Shown: piece by piece, positions 42,471 through 56,302 of the stretch
Numbering within the stretch: position 1 is the stretch's first letter
Layout: every line of letters begins with the position of its first letter
Origin: Eledone cirrhosa
Lineage: Eukaryota
Direction: 5' to 3'
DNA: 63,010 nt
NCBI GenBank assembly: GCA_964016885.1
Contig: CAXHJY010000629.1
Location: 1 to 63,010, forward strand
The notes under the pieces: generated by a model
What the model saw: the letters and a program-made list of their open reading frames with translations, nothing else
What the model was told of the DNA's origin: nothing
Database searches by the model: none
Program-made: the position numbers and the translations under genes

Positions 42471-42904
42471 GCTACATGCACTCAGATAAAATGCACATGT
42501 TTATTATGTTGAAATATAATATAAAAATGGGGAAAAAGCCATAGATGAGGTTTGCTTAGCATAGCTTTAGATTATATTATAATGATAACAATGATTATAG
42601 CTTGTAATTTTATGAATTATGTTATGAATATAATATAAATAATATTATAAATATAATATTATAATCATAATATCATATTCATTAACATTAATATTATTAG
42701 TGGTAGGGCTAGTGCCATGATAAAATGTATCCAGTATGCTCTATCAAGTGGTTGGTGTTAAGGAGACCATCCAGTCAAAGAAACCATGCTAAACTATGAT
42801 CAGTATGGTGTGGTCCTCTGTCTTGTCTAATCTAGGACCTTGAAAATTCATCTAACCCATGCCAGCGTGGAATGAGAACTTAATAGTATGATGATGATGA
42901 TAAT

Positions 42905-43520
42905 AATAATTGTTCCTACATTAGGCACAAGGCCAGCAATTTGAGATGAAAGTCTATTAAATCAACCCCAGTGTGTTAGTGGTGCTTTATTTATCAACCT
43001 CGTAAGGATGAAAAGCAAAGCTAACATCTGAATGATTTGAACTCAGAACGTAAAGGGACGTAACTCTCTGCCGCAAAGCAGGGTGTCTCATGCTCTACTG
43101 ATACTGCCAATCCAATGCCCTTGATGATAATAATTATTTCTACTTTTGCCACAACGCCAGCAATTATCTCAGTGCATTACTGGTCCTTTATTTCATAGAC
43201 CCCGTAAGGATGAAAGACAAAATTAACCTTGGCAGGATTTTAACTCAGATCAGAAAAGGCCGTAACTCTATGCTGCAAAGCATGGCATCTAACCCTCTAC
43301 CAATACTGCTAATCCACTGCCCCCACCCTTGATGATAATAATAATTGTTTCTACTTTTGGCACAAGGCCAGCAATTACCCAGTACATTACTGGTACTTTA
43401 TTTTATTGACCCCTTAAGGATGAAAGGCAAAGTGAACCTCGGCGGGATTTGAATTCAGACTGTAAAGGGAGGTAACTATGCTGGAAAGCATGGCGTCCGA
43501 CTCTCTACCGATACTGCCAT
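42905..43520 (-). mobile_element. Three tandem head-to-tail Meta-like SINEs
   Basis: taaggatgaaa occurs at about 43003, 43205 and 43415; the units are separated by (ATA)n tails. Confidence 0.8.
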
Positions 43521-43856
43521 AATATTCAACCATAGAATTTCTTCAATAAATATAGTTCCATGGTATAGAAGAAACAGTTTTGTTATCCTATATAATCTTA
43601 ATCTCTTCCATATTTTATATCAACTCTCACTATAAAATATTGTCATCTGTGATAGATGACATATTGAAAGTATTCTTGTTTAATATACTCAATCATTGAA
43701 GTCTTTCTTTAACATTACATTTCCTTTTGTTAAATAAGTAGTTGTTTGCATACAAACAATATATTGTATACATATGTATGAATGAATACATACATGTTTA
43801 CATACCCACACCTACACACATATGCACAGATACATAACTGAGCCTCAAAATGGGTA

Positions 43857-43901
<45 letters not shown>

Positions 43902-45049
43902 ACATAAACACATGTATACCATGAATGAATATATACATAGATATTTATGTACATATGAACACACAAATATATATGCACACATTGACCTACATACATGTGT
44001 ATCTCAAAATAAATATCTTATACATATATACATACACAAATACACATTATGGATTTATCTTGTTGCATAATAAGCAAAGTGGAAGTATCAGTTTTTCTTT
44101 GACCATAAATTAATGGAATATTGATATTGTATTGTGTTGTGTTGTGTTGTGTTGTGTTGTGTTGTGTTGCATTACAAAGGAGAATTCAATTCACTTGTGA
44201 GGTGATAAGAGGTTAAGTATAAAGTTGGAGGAAAGAGAGGAGAGTCCCAAAATATATGAGAGAGAGAGAGACAAAGAAAGAGAGAATAATACTGCACATC
44301 CACATACAAATATATACACACATATACATACTTATGTACAAACATATACATACACGCACATTAATACATGCTTGAGCATATTAATTTTTAACAATTATAG
44401 TAAGTTGATTATTAGGTTAGACTTATGGATGGCATTATAAAATTCATTAAGCTTTGTTGTTATAAAGTTATTATATCAGGTCATAGTTGATGACAGCTTA
44501 CAAAATGTATGTACAGAGAGAGAGGGGGAGAGAGAGAGAGAATCAGCTGAAAATGCACACAGAAAAACAATACATACATAAGATGAACAGGCAATTGCAT
44601 TTCTCCCTCATCAGCCAACTTCTGGTATGCAATTTCGCAAAATGAGAGAGCAACAAAGAAAGCACCTCAACACAACCACCATTATTTCAATTACTGCTTT
44701 GCCGTGGTACCATCAATATGTGTGGCTTATTGGTTAGCGTGTTCACCTCGCAATTGTAAGGTCATAAGTTCAGTTCTTGGCAATCTGTTGTGTCCTTGGG
44801 TAAGACACTTTATCTCCTGTTTCTCCTGTCCACTCAACTGGAAAAAATTAAGTGTACTTGTTATTGAAAAGGCAGCCTTTTCATAGAGTGCACCATGCTG
44901 AATCTCTCTGATAATAACATACACATGTCTGTAGAATATTCAGCCACATGCATATTAATTTCATAAGCTGGTTGTGATGTTGATCAAACAACTGGAACAC
45001 TTTTCATTGGAACCAAAGTTGGTCCAGCACAGACATGCCTGTAGGTGAC

Positions 45050-45450
45050 ACTTTTCTATGAGATTCATCTTCTTTATATCAGTCTTCACCTTCTTCCAAA
45101 CACTTGGCACTTCATTATACAGCTGACATCCTCCATACACACCACATGTCTGTATTAGTGCAATCCTTTCTCAGTTATACTACATATGATTCCTCTCGTA
45201 TTCAACATTTTTCTGATTTTCAGCTGGTGTGTGCTGTAATGCTAACATATTAACATTACCAATGTAGAAAGTAGGCTCATTTCATTCATTTCTAGCTATT
45301 GCTAATCATCAACCTTCAAGGCTCAGGTCTCTGTATAATTCAGCACTGCATTTCATACACAAGGAGCATTATACAATCTGCCCTTCACTCGGAGGGAAAA
45401 ACCTTGTATTCCTAGTAAGGGTTCCTGAGATAGTTGCACTCCATTTTTAC
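45050..45450 (-). mobile_element. Degenerate RTE 3' fragment
   Basis: Reverse similarity to 56870-57200 (gaagggcagattgt...; acatgtggtgtgtatggaggatg). Confidence 0.55.
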
Positions 45451-46313
45451 ACTGGTTAGTATGTTAGGATATGGACATTTAATGAATCTCTGATGGTTTT
45501 GATGAAGAGTATTCCAAATGTTTGATCAATGGAACAAACAAATTCTCAGGGATATTCACTGTAACTGTGCATGGCATGGCTAGGCCTTTGAATTACAAAT
45601 ACAGTCCATCTGATGGGTTTCAAACACACACACATTTACACAAATAATCATGTAGAGACATATTACAAGAAAGGAGGAAGCAATATTTCATGATATAGAA
45701 TTGTAGGAGTATATGTATATATATTGTTTTGTTTTTGCTTTAGGCATATGATAGTAGAAATCTTATTTTAAAAGCTGTATGTTTTTCTTTTCCGTCAACA
45801 GCTCCCTTTTTGATAAATTAGCCACAGCTGGATTTGGAAAGTAATGCTATTTTACTACACACACACACACACATTAAAAATATAAAAATATGCACAATGA
45901 GAAACTAAATAGAATGTAAAATAAAATATACAAATTAAAAAAAAACTGTTAAAATTGTTATAATCAAATCAATATCCAGCCACTCCATACAATCACACAC
46001 AAATATATGCATACATATAAACATCTGTACATATATATAAATATATATATATATATACACATACATATGTCTCAATACTTTAATTTTTTTCATTAAATTG
46101 CAGAATATTTTAAATAAATTAACATGATCTAATTAAATATACACACAAAGGAATTGTCGTTGATAACAATATTAGTATTATACAGGGCAAAAACCCATAA
46201 TGAGAGAGATTTGGTTATTAGGCAGGGTTAATTATTAATTACTAAAAATTATTTTAAAGCGGAAAGAAATGATTAATTAGGTAATCAGAAATCGGAATTT
46301 GACAGAAAAAAAC

Positions 46314-46563
46314 TTAACTCTTTCATTACCATATTTCTAATGAAAGACACTGTCTATAACATTAAATCATTTTGAAAATAATCAAGAATTTAGGGCAATT
46401 CAATAAAATAACTTATTATGAAGGTGGTGTTTGGAAGATAAAGATTTCTATATAAAATTAAGATTAATTTTTTTAGATAGATATAAACACTTTAAAATAA
46501 AACGTCTAATATTATGGAACCCAGGTGGGTTCCAGGTAGTTTAGTTGGTATCAAAAGGGTTAA
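46314..46563. mobile_element. TTAA-flanked piggyBac-like MITE
   Basis: ttaa-ctctttcattacc ... ggtatcaaaaggg-ttaa. Confidence 0.6.
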
Positions 46564-47537
46564 ATTGGTCAGGATTGGGTAAGACCTTTTTCATTCTAAA
46601 ATACTGAAACACAGGTTCAAATGGTTCTATTTGTTATAACATGTCAGATTGTTTTGTTTTCAATTTGTATTAAATGAATATATAAAAGGAATAATCATAC
46701 AAACAAACATATACACGCAATCTCACATACAAACTTATACACATGTATAAACATATACAAACCCAGGTACTTATGCAGGTACAGACTGACATACACATAT
46801 ACACACCAACACAGATGCATGCACATATACACAGAACATGTGCGCATATACAAACAGAGACACACACAGACATACACGAAACACATACATACACAGACAT
46901 ATGCAGGCAGATATATATTCACATACAAACAGACACACATATACAGATAGAGACATATACATGAAACACAGACATATAGACAAACATATATACATACCAA
47001 AAGACATACACAGCCAACACAAACTCACACAAACTCCAAAGGACCAAAATGTCAATAAGCACAATATTTGATCAACAAATGAAAACAAAATGATGAAAAA
47101 CTAGATTGACAGCTTACAGACAGTCTATATTAATTATACTTATTTGTTTCATCTTACATCAAATACAGATCTTTTCCTCAGAGGACATAATTTAGAAAAG
47201 AAAGGAAAAATACTCAAAAGTATCATAGATGAGACGGTTAGTGAAGTAGATTATAGATAAACCATGTTATCATCATCATCATTACAAAATTTCAAGACAA
47301 CACCCCTACTCCACAACAAAAAATAATGGTTTCTGATTTAGGCACAAGGCCAGTATTTTTTGTGGCAGAGGAAAATTGATTAAATTGATCCAGTATTTGA
47401 CAGGTACTTTATTTTATCGACAAAGAAGGTAAAAAGGCAAAATTGACATCAGCAATATATCAGTTCATGACTTAATGCCACAAAGAAGTTTGTCTGATGT
47501 TCTAACAGTTCTGCCATTCCACCACTAATGGTTAGAG

Positions 47538-47870
47538 ATATGGCTGTGTAGTTAAGAGGTTTACTTTGCAGCCAGGTGATTTCAGGTTCACTGGTACTAT
47601 GCAGCACGTTGAGAAAATGTTTTCCATGATAACCTTGTATTAAGGAGGAAAATTTGGTAGACAGAAGCTACAAAAGTCTGTCAAGTTTATGTGTGTAAAA
47701 TAAAGAGTGTGTGCATCCACATCTGTTTACATTTGTTTGTAATTGATAAGATAAATAACAGACTCGAAAAAATAAATACTGAAGTCAACATGATCAATTA
47801 AAAGCCCTATAAGGTGGTGCCCCAGCATAACCACAATCTAATAACTAGAACCAGTAAAGGAGTAATAATA
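47538..47870 (+). mobile_element. tRNA/CORE-like SINE with a CR1-like tail (uninterrupted relative of the 25770 / 30250 halves)
   Basis: tggctgtgtagttaag head and ggtggtgccccagcataaccac tail. Confidence 0.6.
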
Positions 47871-48659
47871 AAAAAGAATCTCAAAGTAGTTAATAAAAAT
47901 AAAATCTATTGAAGCATAAATCCAAACTGTTGAGAAGAAACCTGTGTTAAAAAAAAAAAGAGCTGTTCATCAGATCGGACCAAGGAAGTAATGCTTCCAT
48001 TGCTGGATCTATTTATCTGGCAGAGAAAAGCAGAATTTGAATTCAGAGTGCTCAGAGCCAGATGAGATATCAACCTGACCGCTTTTAAGTTCAATGAATG
48101 AAAACCACTCTTTTTAAAGAGTGGAAAGGTTATGGTGAATGTGTTAGCATCAATGATGAGAAAATGTGTGATGTATGATCCCCCTGGGGTTTCTTTAAAA
48201 GACAGAAAATGAAATCTCACCAAAACACACCTGTAGTACTTACTAATAGCAAGCAAATGAATGATTATTATGAAAAGTGAGGGGTTTGGGAGTAGGATGT
48301 AATTGTCACAAAAGTGTTCCTGTTTGTTTATGTAATTATCATCATTATTATCTATTTTATTTTACTTTTATCTGTGTATTACAGACACCTACAAACACAC
48401 ACACATCTATCATCTCCCTTGGTCCATCCACTGTTGTAGCAATTAGTGAAGTCTAAACATTGCAATGACAGCTTGTCAGGTACATTTTGATTGAGAATCA
48501 CAAAGCTGAGCAACTAAATCCATTTAACACACTGCCAGAGACTGCCTGCTGTCACACTTTTCAAGACTGAGGCATTTTGGTTTCATGTTTGGGTGAGGAA
48601 ACAGGGGAAGAGATTCAAATAACAATGAACAGAGTAAAGTAATTAACACAGAGAATTAT

Positions 48660-50040
48660 GTACCTCAGGCAGTGGGGAGGATGAAATTCGGCCAGAGATG
48701 TTAAAAGCCTTAGATAGAGAAGGTATTCACTGGTTGACCTGGATTTCTAGAGAAGCACCTATGCAATGGCAATAGGGATTGATAATCCCACTTTTCAAAA
48801 AGGGTGATGATAGATTACTCCAATTATTGAGGGAACTCCTTGCTAAGCCTCCGCTGTAAAGTCTATGCTAAGTGTCGGGAAAAATGAAGTAGGGAGATTG
48901 ATGAGTCCAAGCTAGCTGATGAACAGTATGGGTTCTCCCCCCCCCCCCGGATGCAGCACAGCTGGCCATATATTCACACTGTAGCATGTTTTGAGAATTC
49001 ATGGGAATACTGCCAAGAAAAGGTATACAACCAGATTCTACGGGATCTGCTGTGGAAAGTTCTGCAGGAATAGGGGATTGATGGAGAGCTTCTTGTGGCC
49101 CTTATGTCTCTATATGAATGCTCAAGTAGTTAAGTTCAAATAAATGGTGTTCAATCGAAATCATTCCATGTGAAATTTGGATTTCACCAAAGCTGCGTAC
49201 AGTCACCTTTCCTATTCATAATCTTCATGAATAGGATTGATACGCATAGCCAGGTTGGAAATAATATCATAACAGGTGGATGTAGGATCAGTCAGTTGGA
49301 ATTTGCAGACCACAGTGTATTACTTAACTTGTCAGAAGGTGATCTCCGACATGCACTTGATAGGTTTGATGCCAAGTGCTGCATGGTTGGAATGAAAATC
49401 AGTGCTACAAAGACTGATACAATTGTCCCTCAAGGAATCCTGTGCAGTGCACTTTACATGTGAATGGAGTTCCACTGAAGCAGGTGAAGAAGTTCAAGTA
49501 TCTTGGGGGAAATGTTCATGAGTGATGGAAGGCAAGAGGCTAAATTAAGTGCAAGAATTGCAGGAGCTGTGCAGTAATGTGCCAGCTTCAGCATTTGGTA
49601 ATCAGAAGAAGCAGGATAGGTGTAAAAACCAAATTTTCTATCTTCAACTCGGTATTTGTGCCAACCCTTACCTATCATCAGGATACTTGGGTAATGACTG
49701 AACAAAAATGACTGTGAATACAAGCAGACAAAATGGGGTTCTACTAAAAAGTCCTCAGAGTAACGTTACACAATAGAAGGCAGATATCAGAGAGATACTC
49801 ATGGTAGAGCCACTACTTCTCTGAATTGATAGATCACACCTCTGACATAACAAACATGTGCTTAGAATGTCTTAGGAAAGAATCGCTGGAAAGTTTTATG
49901 AGCAAAACCAACTGGCAGGAGACCAGGGGCTTCACCCCAAGCAATATGGCTGTTTCCATTTGTGGATCCAGCTGGATTAATTGGAGATGATTGCTTCTGA
50001 CAGGAACCATGACCCACTTTGGAATAAGTGGGCAAAGAAC
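48660..50040 (+). mobile_element. RTE (Expander-like) LINE RT and 3' region, heavily mutated
   Basis: DEIRPEMLK, SPFLFIIFMNRI, FADH (YADD equivalent), LHVNGVPLKQVKKFKYLG. Confidence 0.8.
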
Positions 50041-50046
50041 AACAAA

Positions 50047-50081
<35 letters not shown>

Positions 50082-50164
50082 TATATAAACATACACACGC
50101 ATACATATTCATATGTACATATAAGCATACACACACATACTGATAGAGATATCCAAGGTATAGA

Positions 50165-50418
50165 GCAAGTCATGCCTCATAATGTATGAAGTTGAAGTCA
50201 CTTCATTGAGTCAACATCACCATAGAAATCCTGGACATGTCAGTATGTCAGAGAGTCAGTTTAAAAACTGCTTCCTTAATCATGAAAAGACCTTCAGATA
50301 CCCAAATAAAAAGAACACAACAAATTTGTCAAATGAAATATTGCAACTCAGAGACAAGAACATAGACATCTCCCTAGAATGGAAGATACTGGAACAATCT
50401 TACCCGTATACAATAGGG
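50165..50418 (+). mobile_element. Penelope-like GIY-YIG endonuclease fragment
   Basis: IMYEVEVTS...MSESQFKNCFLNHEKTFRY...TTNLSNEILQLRDK...LEWKILEQSYPY. Confidence 0.75.
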
Positions 50419-50745
50419 AAGATGCCGAAGCTGATCAAATGGGTGCCCCACAATCTGACTGACCATAATCGTGAATGTCGGGCAGCAGCTGTGACTTCAC
50501 TATTCTCCTACCACTGCACAATCAGTAGGTTATTTTCTATGTTACTGGTGATGTAAATTACTCTCTCCATATTAATGTCAAGCACAAATGATCAAGAGCT
50601 GATAAAGAGTGTGTGCCACACTGGCAAGCAAAGGCTGGCATCTGGTGCAACTTGAAAGGTGTCATCCCCTACGAGCTGCTCCCAATGAACACCAGCATAA
50701 CTTCTGACATCTATTGCCAACAACTAGCCATATTAGCAGCGAAAA
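50419..50745 (+). mobile_element. mariner/Tc1 transposase relic
   Basis: KWVPHNLT, a VTGD remnant and IWCNLKGVIPYELLP...SITSDIYCQQL. Confidence 0.8.
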
Positions 50746-50854
50746 TCACACAAGAAATAGTGCTGTGACCCAACACATTGAACTTTCTTTCCCTTTTTCC
50801 ATATAAAGCATGAAACTAATAAAACATGTTGTATCTCTGTTTTGTTGTTTCCTT

Positions 50855-50890
<36 letters not shown>

Positions 50891-53282
50891 GCTAAATTGC
50901 CTTTCTCCATATAAGCATAACATGATTATGTCTGAAAATCAAATTTCTTATCTCCTTTCAAACCAACCCAACCAAACCTCCTCTAGTTCTATGAAACAAA
51001 ATCATTCTTTTAAAAAAGGTTCCTCTTTAAATTAAAATCTCCGAACATAATTTGATATAAGAGTAATATGTTAAGTTGCTATCTTAGTAATGAAATTATA
51101 ATTTGAATAAATCCTTAAAATTCTTCATTGATAAATTGAAATAGAATGCATTTCATCACAAATTTGGTCAGAAAAGAGTTAAAGTGTTTCTGGAGCCTCT
51201 GTTTTATAGAAAGACATCAGAACTAATTAATAAAATATTAAGATACATAATAATAATATAAGAAAGTAGTAAGTTTACAAGAAAGATAATCTCACCACAT
51301 AAATCTTACTCTTAGAATCTCATCTGATTCCTTGTTCTAGTTGCATCTAACTTGCATAAATCTTTCCATTAAAAGTTTTTAATTTGACAATTCCACTTAA
51401 CTAAGATACTAGCACCACTTTAGAAAAAGAAAAACCAAGAAGAAACAAACAAACATTAGTAATATTTTACTAGCAAAGAGCACTTTAAAAGAATTTCTAC
51501 TTTATCCAGAGCAACATATCAAACAAATCTCTTTCATCTACTACAAGTAACTATTTCTGCATTGTTAAGGTGCACAGCTTTCATATGTTTTATAGTACCT
51601 TTTTTATCTTTACTGTAGGTAAATAGATAGATAGATATTTCATACAACCAAAAGCATCAGATACTTAATTAGAAACTCACATCTTGCAAAGCTTTGTAAT
51701 GTCAGAGGCAGCTGGTTTGTAGTGGATTTCTGAAGTGAGAGCAACTATGTATGTGAAGAGAAATAGAATAAATAAATCAGAATCAGCCAAATGATGGAAG
51801 AAAAGGCTGAAGCTAATCTGATCAAGTCTTATTTTAGGTGATGTACATTTCTTTCATTGCAACAGAATTTAGAGATAGTGCGCTATAGTTATGAAAATAG
51901 AACTATATAAGATAGCTTACTAGCTCCTACATTTTATCTTTATAATTGCACAAGTTTCAAAAGATAGGCCTCACTTTGCAAAATTGCACCTCTAAATGAC
52001 CTTTAATTCGTCATCATTTTTACATCTGTTTTTGATTCTGTCAAGAGTTGGATGGGTTGTCATATTCCAAGACAAAACAGGTCAGATAAACATGTCTTGT
52101 TTATATGTTCCCTATTATGGCATGGTTTCTATAGCTGGATACCTTTCCTAATGGTAGCAATTTTACAGAATGTACTTGATACATTTTATCAAGGAACCGG
52201 CTGTTTGAGGCAACCCAATAACAGAAACTATAGAACTACATCGAACTTTCCAAGAATTTAATTTATAGAACATTTGAAACTAAATGAAAATTTCTTTCAA
52301 CACATTAAACAAATAGTTCTAAATAAAAAAAAAGTGATTCACTCTTTATTGCACTCTGCATAAAAAACTCTCTGTCCAGTAGATGAAATAAGGACTACAT
52401 TTTAAAAATAGGCTTCAAACAATTATTGAATATAATTGCTTCAGATCTTTCTTAAAATAGTTATAATCTGTCTTGCATGATATTTTGAAAGATGAAGATT
52501 AAGTTTGAGAAATCTTACTAATGGAGTTGTTATGCTAAAAGAAATCACCATCCATCTTAAACCACCCAAACAGCTTGTCTGTTATGCTGCTTCTACAAAT
52601 GTTTTCTACATTCAAATTGTTTATTGTTACCAATATTAAGTTGGCATGCTGAGGATTTCAATCTTCAAAAAAATTTCATTATCGTTTCTGTTTATTTCCC
52701 CTTTACCCACTCGTAATCATATTTCTAATGAAATACATTGTTATGCATTTCAAATGATTTTAGAATAAACAAGAATTTGACAATATTAAATTGGGGTTTA
52801 GAATGTAACAAAGTGTTTACATAAAATTATGATAGAAGGTTTTTAGATAGATATAAATAATTAAAAATGAGAGATTTTGTATCTTAGAATCAATGGTGGT
52901 TTTTAACAGTTTGATATCAAAAGTGATAAACAATAACATTGACTGTATAACTTTGAAAAAAAAGGCAGCAACTGACTTAATTTCCCATTTATCATTCAAG
53001 AATATTATCAAATTTTAGTAAACTATCAAACTACATAATATATAGAGGAAACATTTTAGCTATCTACATTAAATCATTAGAAGAAAGAGCCTTCTAAATA
53101 ATATAGGTTTTAAAATATCACATGCATATCAAATAATATATTTCAAATAAAAATGTCTAAAGTTTTTAGATCGGTTATACTTCTTGAAGTTTTAAAAGTA
53201 TATGTTATAAGATACTCCACATCTAATTCATTCACATCATGTCACTGAGAAAGAGAATTTTATAAGAACAAGATTTGTTTGT

Positions 53283-53584
53283 TTAACTCTTTTGTTGCCA
53301 TATTACAAATGAAATATAATTTATTTTGTTTGATGAAACCTTTTCATGCTAAGCCATCTGAAACATCTCAAGGTTCTACAATATTAGGATGCTTATTTTA
53401 AAGTATTTTATATTCATTTAAAAGCACTCAATTAATTTTATCTAAGAACCTTTATTAAGTTATGCTTTAAACATCTGCTTAATAAGAAAGCTATATTACA
53501 GAAATTCAAACTTATTTTCAAAATTACTTTTGAATAATAAATAGAAAATATCTTTCATTGGAAATATGTTAACAAAAAGGTTAA
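53283..53584. mobile_element. TTAA-flanked piggyBac-like MITE
   Basis: ttaa-ctcttttgttgccatatt ... aatatgttaacaaaaagg-ttaa. Confidence 0.6.
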
Positions 53585-54062
53585 TAAAGAATTTGGATGG
53601 ATTTACTAAAGTTATTATTTCTCGATAAAAATTTAATGAAAAATCTCCACGTATTTAAAACATGGGGCCCTTTTTGAGGCAACATTAAACATTGCCTCAA
53701 AAAGGATCCGATTCCTAGTACCATAGTGTAAAGAGTTAACATTTTCTAATACAGTTACTGTATTAACATAGATTTCATTCCATTATTCATGCTGGGTCAT
53801 CTGTTTTCAAGACTAGAAATGTAAACAACATATACAATGTACCATATATCTAGAATTGATGTTTTGTAACTCCAGTAGATAAATCAAATGCTGATTTTTG
53901 CAGGAAACCTATTTTAAGATGTGGTATTTTTATTTTTTATTTATTTATTAATTTTTTTTTTTTTGCTAAATATAGTCAGGAATTCTAAACAATATAGAAA
54001 AAAAGTATTTTAGAGTAAATAATAATGAAATTATTGTGTAAAGTGCTCAGGTGCACCACAAC

Positions 54063-54066
54063 AAAA
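54063..54066 (-). terminator. Putative Pol III terminator (T4) for tRNA-iMet
   Basis: TTTT 8 nt downstream of the discriminator base. Confidence 0.5.
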
Positions 54067-54074
54067 TAACTAGT

Positions 54075-54145
54075 TAGCAGAGCGTAGTTTCGATCTACGG
54101 ACCTTGGGTTATGGGCCCAGCACGCTTCCACTGCGCCACTCTGCT
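54075..54145 (-). tRNA. tRNA-iMet-CAT: Initiator tRNA-Met (CAT), 71 nt, 1 nt shorter than canonical
   Basis: AGCAGAG-TG-GCGC-AGTGGAA-GCGT-G-CTGGG-CCCATAA-CCCA-AGGTC-CGTAG-ATCGAAA-CTACG-CTCTGCT-A. Shows the initiator hallmarks A1:U72, three G:C anticodon-stem pairs and an ATCG T-loop. Confidence 0.92.
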
Positions 54146-54517
54146 CCCTAGGACTTAATAACTTCAATCTAATTGGTTGGTTAGTCCAATCAAACCCTCT
54201 TTGTGAAGACAACGGGTAAATTACTTCTATGTGAATCATTTCCCTTTTGTAACTTATACAACAAATGGTTGACACACTGAAATTCTTTAGTGATAATTGA
54301 AAATCTGTAGCAAGAGAAATGTATTTCTCACCCGACTTAGAAATATAGAAGACAATATGCAAATTGCAATGAAGAAAATGGATATATTTTAACAACATGT
54401 ATATCAAAAATATGTTTTGATATCTTGTGGATAAACATAGTATGAAAGATGTCTAGCGAACAATAAGTCAAAAGAAATTAACAAAAACAAAACATTTTAT
54501 ATGAGAGCTCTCTCTTT

Positions 54518-54562
<45 letters not shown>

Positions 54563-54679
54563 AACAGATTTTATATCTTACGTAAATAAACAATAATGTT
54601 GGAATGTACAGAGTTTTGAAAATAATTACAGACACAACAAACTGAAATGAATGCTACTATTCAACAAGACTTGTAATGA

Positions 54680-55002
54680 AATATATATATACATACACAC
54701 ATACATACATATATATATACACACATACATATATGCACACACACATACATACATATAGACACACACATACATATATATACATACATACATATATATATAC
54801 ATATATACACACACAGATATATATATACACACATATATATACACACACATATATATACACACATATATACACACATATATATATATATATACACACATAT
54901 ATACACACACATACATATATACACACACACATATACACACACACACATATATACACAGACACATATATATACACAGACACACACATATATACACACACAC
55001 AT
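54680..55002. repeat. (TA)/(CA) compound microsatellite
   Basis: Read directly from the sequence. Confidence 0.95.
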
Positions 55003-55250
55003 ATCTATCTATCTAGGGAGGGTAAAATTCTCGAGATCCATGGACGAGTTCTCTACAGCTGTCTCTGTCCCTCATTATCACTGCCATGTCCTGTGTCTCG
55101 AACAGGCCAGTGTCTGTCCTTAGGGCATCAACATACGTTAACCTTGGTCTTCTTCCAGTGTGTCCATGTAGGGGCTCCCACAGAAGCACTGAGTGCAATG
55201 TCAACTCTGGATGTCGGTGAGCATGTCCAGCTAACCTCAGTCTCTTCTGC
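55003..55250 (-). mobile_element. RTE/RTEX-like LINE 3' end with a (TAGA)n tail
   Basis: [13 protein letters not shown]...LLWEPLHG...[17 protein letters not shown]...MRDRDSC. Confidence 0.8.
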
Positions 55251-56040
55251 ATATATATATATATATATATACACAAATATATATATATACAAATATATAT
55301 ATATACAAATATATATATACACATATATATATATACATATATATACATATACAAATATATATATACACATATATATACATATACAAATATATATATACAC
55401 ATATATATACATATACAAATATATATATACACATATATATACATATACAAATATATATATACACATATATATACATATACAAATATATATATACACATAT
55501 ATATACATATACAAATATGTATATACACATATATATATACATATACAAATATATAGATGCACATACAACTATATATATACACATATATATATATACACAT
55601 ATATATATAAATATATATATACATATACAAATATATATATACACATATATATACATATATATACATATATATACACATATATATACATATATATACATAT
55701 ATATATACATATATATATATACACATATATACATATACAAATATATACATATACAAATATATACATATATATACATACAAATATATACATATATATATAT
55801 ACAAATATATACATATATATATATACAAATATATACATATATATACATACATATACATATATATACATATATATACATATATATATATATACAAATATAT
55901 ACATATATATATACATATATATATATACATATATATATACATATATATACATATACATATATATACATATACATATATATACATATACATATATTTACAT
56001 ATATATACATATACATATATATACATATACATATATATAC

Positions 56041-56121
<81 letters not shown>

Positions 56122-56156
56122 CATATATATATACATATATATATATACATATATAC

Positions 56157-56221
<65 letters not shown>

Positions 56222-56302
56222 CATATATATCTACATATACATATATATATATGTATACATATATATCTACATACACATATATATATATATACACATATAT
56301 AT
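55251..56302. repeat. (TA)n / TACA compound microsatellite
   Basis: Read directly from the sequence. Confidence 0.97.
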
